From NCBI GenBank assembly GCA_048213135.1, contig PS015249.1:26747-90746 (forward strand): 64,000 bases of DNA, written 5' to 3'. Each line of letters begins with the position of its first letter. The first letter of the stretch is position 1. Under the pieces are notes generated by a model. It was given only the letters and a program-made list of their open reading frames with translations. It made no database searches and was not told where the DNA came from. The DNA comes from Reclinomonas americana ATCC 50394 (taxonomy: Eukaryota). A program made the position numbers and the translations under genes. Of the stretch, positions 61,576 to 64,000 are shown piece after piece.

Positions 61576-64000
61576 TCACTCCTGTTTTCTCCGCGCCGCA
61601 CGCAAGCGACGGCGGTGGACCTTGGTTGCCTCGCGCCAGTAGCGGTACACTGCAGAAGGTTGACGTGAGAGGAGAGAGATGAAGCAGTGATCGTGGCAGT
61701 AGCAGCGCGCTCACCGACAAAAAGATAGTACGCAAACGAGCAGAGCAGGATGCCGGCTGCGAGATGGAGGAAAAAGTCAGGTTCCGCAATAACGATGGGG
61801 ATGTACACACGGATCGGCACCAACCGAGCGGGTAGGTGGCCAGCGACGGTCGCACATCGCAGTACGAGTCGCAGTCGATAATGTCGTTATTTTGGCCGTA
61901 CGTGAATTGGGAGGCGTTGAGGCGCAGGTGATCGCACAAGCCAGTGAAGGACTTGGGGCCGGTATTGGCGCTGCAGCTGTAGTGGATGGGCAGGAAACCG
62001 ATCGATAGGTACGTGGACATGAGCATGCCGACCAGCACGATGCCGCCGACCAAGTGGAATAGAGCCACGCCTGCGTGTTGCGCGACAAAGAGAGAGGGAG
62101 GGAGAGAGGGAGAGGGAGGGGCAAGGGAGAGAGAGATAAAGAGAGAAGGAGGGAGAGAGGGGAGAGAGAGGGAGAGAGAGGGACGCAGAGAGGGGGAGAG
62201 AGGGACGCAGAGAGGGGGAGAGAGAGGAAGGCAGAGAGGGGGAGAGAGAGGGAGGCAGAGAGGGAGAGAGAAGGGAGAGAGAGAGAGGGAGTGTGTGTGA
62301 TTTGTGAGGGTGTAGTGAAAATTGAGAGACGCCGAGTGAGCTGTCGACTGACCCAGACGATTGTTGACAAAGGCTGTTTGGCACAAGGACGGGTGAGGCG
62401 AGGACGAGAGGTTATTCGGGAAAACGGCAGCGACAACGCACCCACAGTGTATCGCAGAATAATCGCAGTCATGAAGATGGTGCAGATGCAGGCCGTCGCG
62501 ACCACAAACGAGTCTGTGCGCGGAAAAAATCAGACAAGCAGGACGACTCGATTGGAGAGAGCGGTGACGAAACAAGCAAATGGCAAATTGTTGATGCGCG
62601 GTGAGCACACGGATTGTGTCATGGTCAACGACGGGATGATGTTTTCTGGCAAAGCAGGTGAGAGCAGAACAACCAAGCGGTTCCAGAAGGATGCAGCAGC
62701 GTACCGAAGGCGCCGCAGTTGACGGTTGGAGTCATCAGCAGAATCGACATGGACGAGAGGGAGATCACCAGCTTGAACAGTGCGCTTACGTCCTGCACAA
62801 TCGCAAAGGCCACTCGGAGACGACTCTGTCGCTTCTCCAACTCCTTGACGGTGATGGCCACTCGCACCTCGCCGCCTTTCCAGTCGCCAGTCGTCTCCCC
62901 CTCCATCGACGACTGATCGCTAATGTCATCGTCGTCGCCATTGTACCTTTGCAGGTCTCTTCGCCGGCTCTCCATCTCCGTTTCGGCGTCTGCGGCGGCG
63001 CTGGTGCCAGAGTAGAGCGACACACCAGATCCGGTTTCCAGCAGGCGCGCATCCTCTGCCGACGGGGTCACATTGGGCTCGGGAGTCACGTGCGGACGCC
63101 GACGGCGACCGCATCCGCAGCAGGCGGCCACACCGGCCTGCGACGGCGGCATGGGGCGCTGGTACTCGAAGGCCAGGTACGCCATGTACAGGGTGCTGAA
63201 GATGAAGCTGAAGGCGAGCATGTAGACCTTGTAGAGGGAAGGGAGATTAAAGAGGGGTTCACAGAGATACAAGGCAGGAGAAGGCAGACAGCGAGGACTC
63301 ACCTCTGGGGCATTCCTCGGGCTGCATCTGTGGGGAACAATGCAAAGCACGGACAGGATGAGGTCTTCTCTCACCATGCGAGAGACCAACACACACAAAC
63401 ACACCCATTGCTGCAGCCGTACTGCGCGGTGCACGGCTGCCCGTTGGACAGTGGACATGAAAACTGCTGCGATGATGACGCGGCGGTGCAGCCGATATCG
63501 GGGTACAACTGCGTAATGTTCAGCGACAGCTGCAAGCTGAAGCATTGGTCGGAGATGAGCTGTGCGCACACACATAATCACAGGGAGGGTGTGTGTGAGA
63601 GAGAGAGAGAGGGCCACAGAAAGACAACGCGGAATGCAAAGGCGAACAAACCACTGGATCCTCGCAGTGGTACCCCGGCGCCAGCAGCAGCGTGTAGAAA
63701 ATGGCGGAGATCTTTGCAATGCCAAACACCAGTGACAGCGCGGTGATCCCGTAACTGACGCAGGATATGATGAGCGACAGCACCACTGAAAAAAAATCGA
63801 CACACGACGCACCCAATGAAGACGGCCCATCGCTGGAACCACCCGAACGTCTTCAACAGAATCGAGAAGAAGAAGAAGATTTGGTTGGCGACGACGAGGG
63901 CGATGAAGACGTCCTTAAGCGCCGCCACGTCCACCTTGACGTTGCAGAACTGCGAGGAGGAGGAGGAGGAGGAGGAGGAGGAGGAGGAGGAGGAGGAAGA
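61576..64000 (-). CDS. Multi-pass membrane protein of unknown family (5' end outside the window)
   Basis: About seven hydrophobic segments (e.g. VFIALVVANQIFFFFSILL, VYMLAFSFIFSTLYMAYLAF, GVALFHLVGGIVLVGMLMSTYLSIGF) separated by Cys-rich loops. In-frame GT-AG introns. Ends RRRLRAARRKQE* at 61576-61578. A (GAG)n tract lies at the window edge. Confidence 0.75.

Overview
Intron-rich eukaryotic (protist-like) genomic DNA from a gappy draft assembly, with many N gaps and abundant (GA/CT)n microsatellites. The standard genetic code is used and most introns are short (about 60-90 nt) GT-AG introns. Hand-spliced gene models, left to right: the last exon of an NTF2-like gene; a secreted protein with five copies of a ~55-aa module plus acidic 33-aa tandem repeats; a secreted EGF protein with two copies of a domain I cannot name; tRNA-Ala(CGC); a divergent calmodulin-like EF-hand gene; a ~20-kb minus-strand gene (IQ motif, WD40 region, helical C-terminal half); a ~23-kb polycystin-1-like receptor gene (NHL repeats, 12 two-domain repeats nearly all one per exon, REJ, GPS, membrane helices, no PLAT or channel domain recognised); a fucosyltransferase-like gene; an animal-type sterol O-acyltransferase; and the 3' part of a multi-pass membrane protein. 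The most striking observation is a second class of 5' splice site, GTTGCGT. It appears at 18 hand-modelled introns in 4 genes, and 17 of the 18 lack G at exon position -1, whereas the common GTGCG donors nearly always follow G. This suggests routine shifted-register U1 recognition. All exon boundaries were inferred by eye without transcript data.
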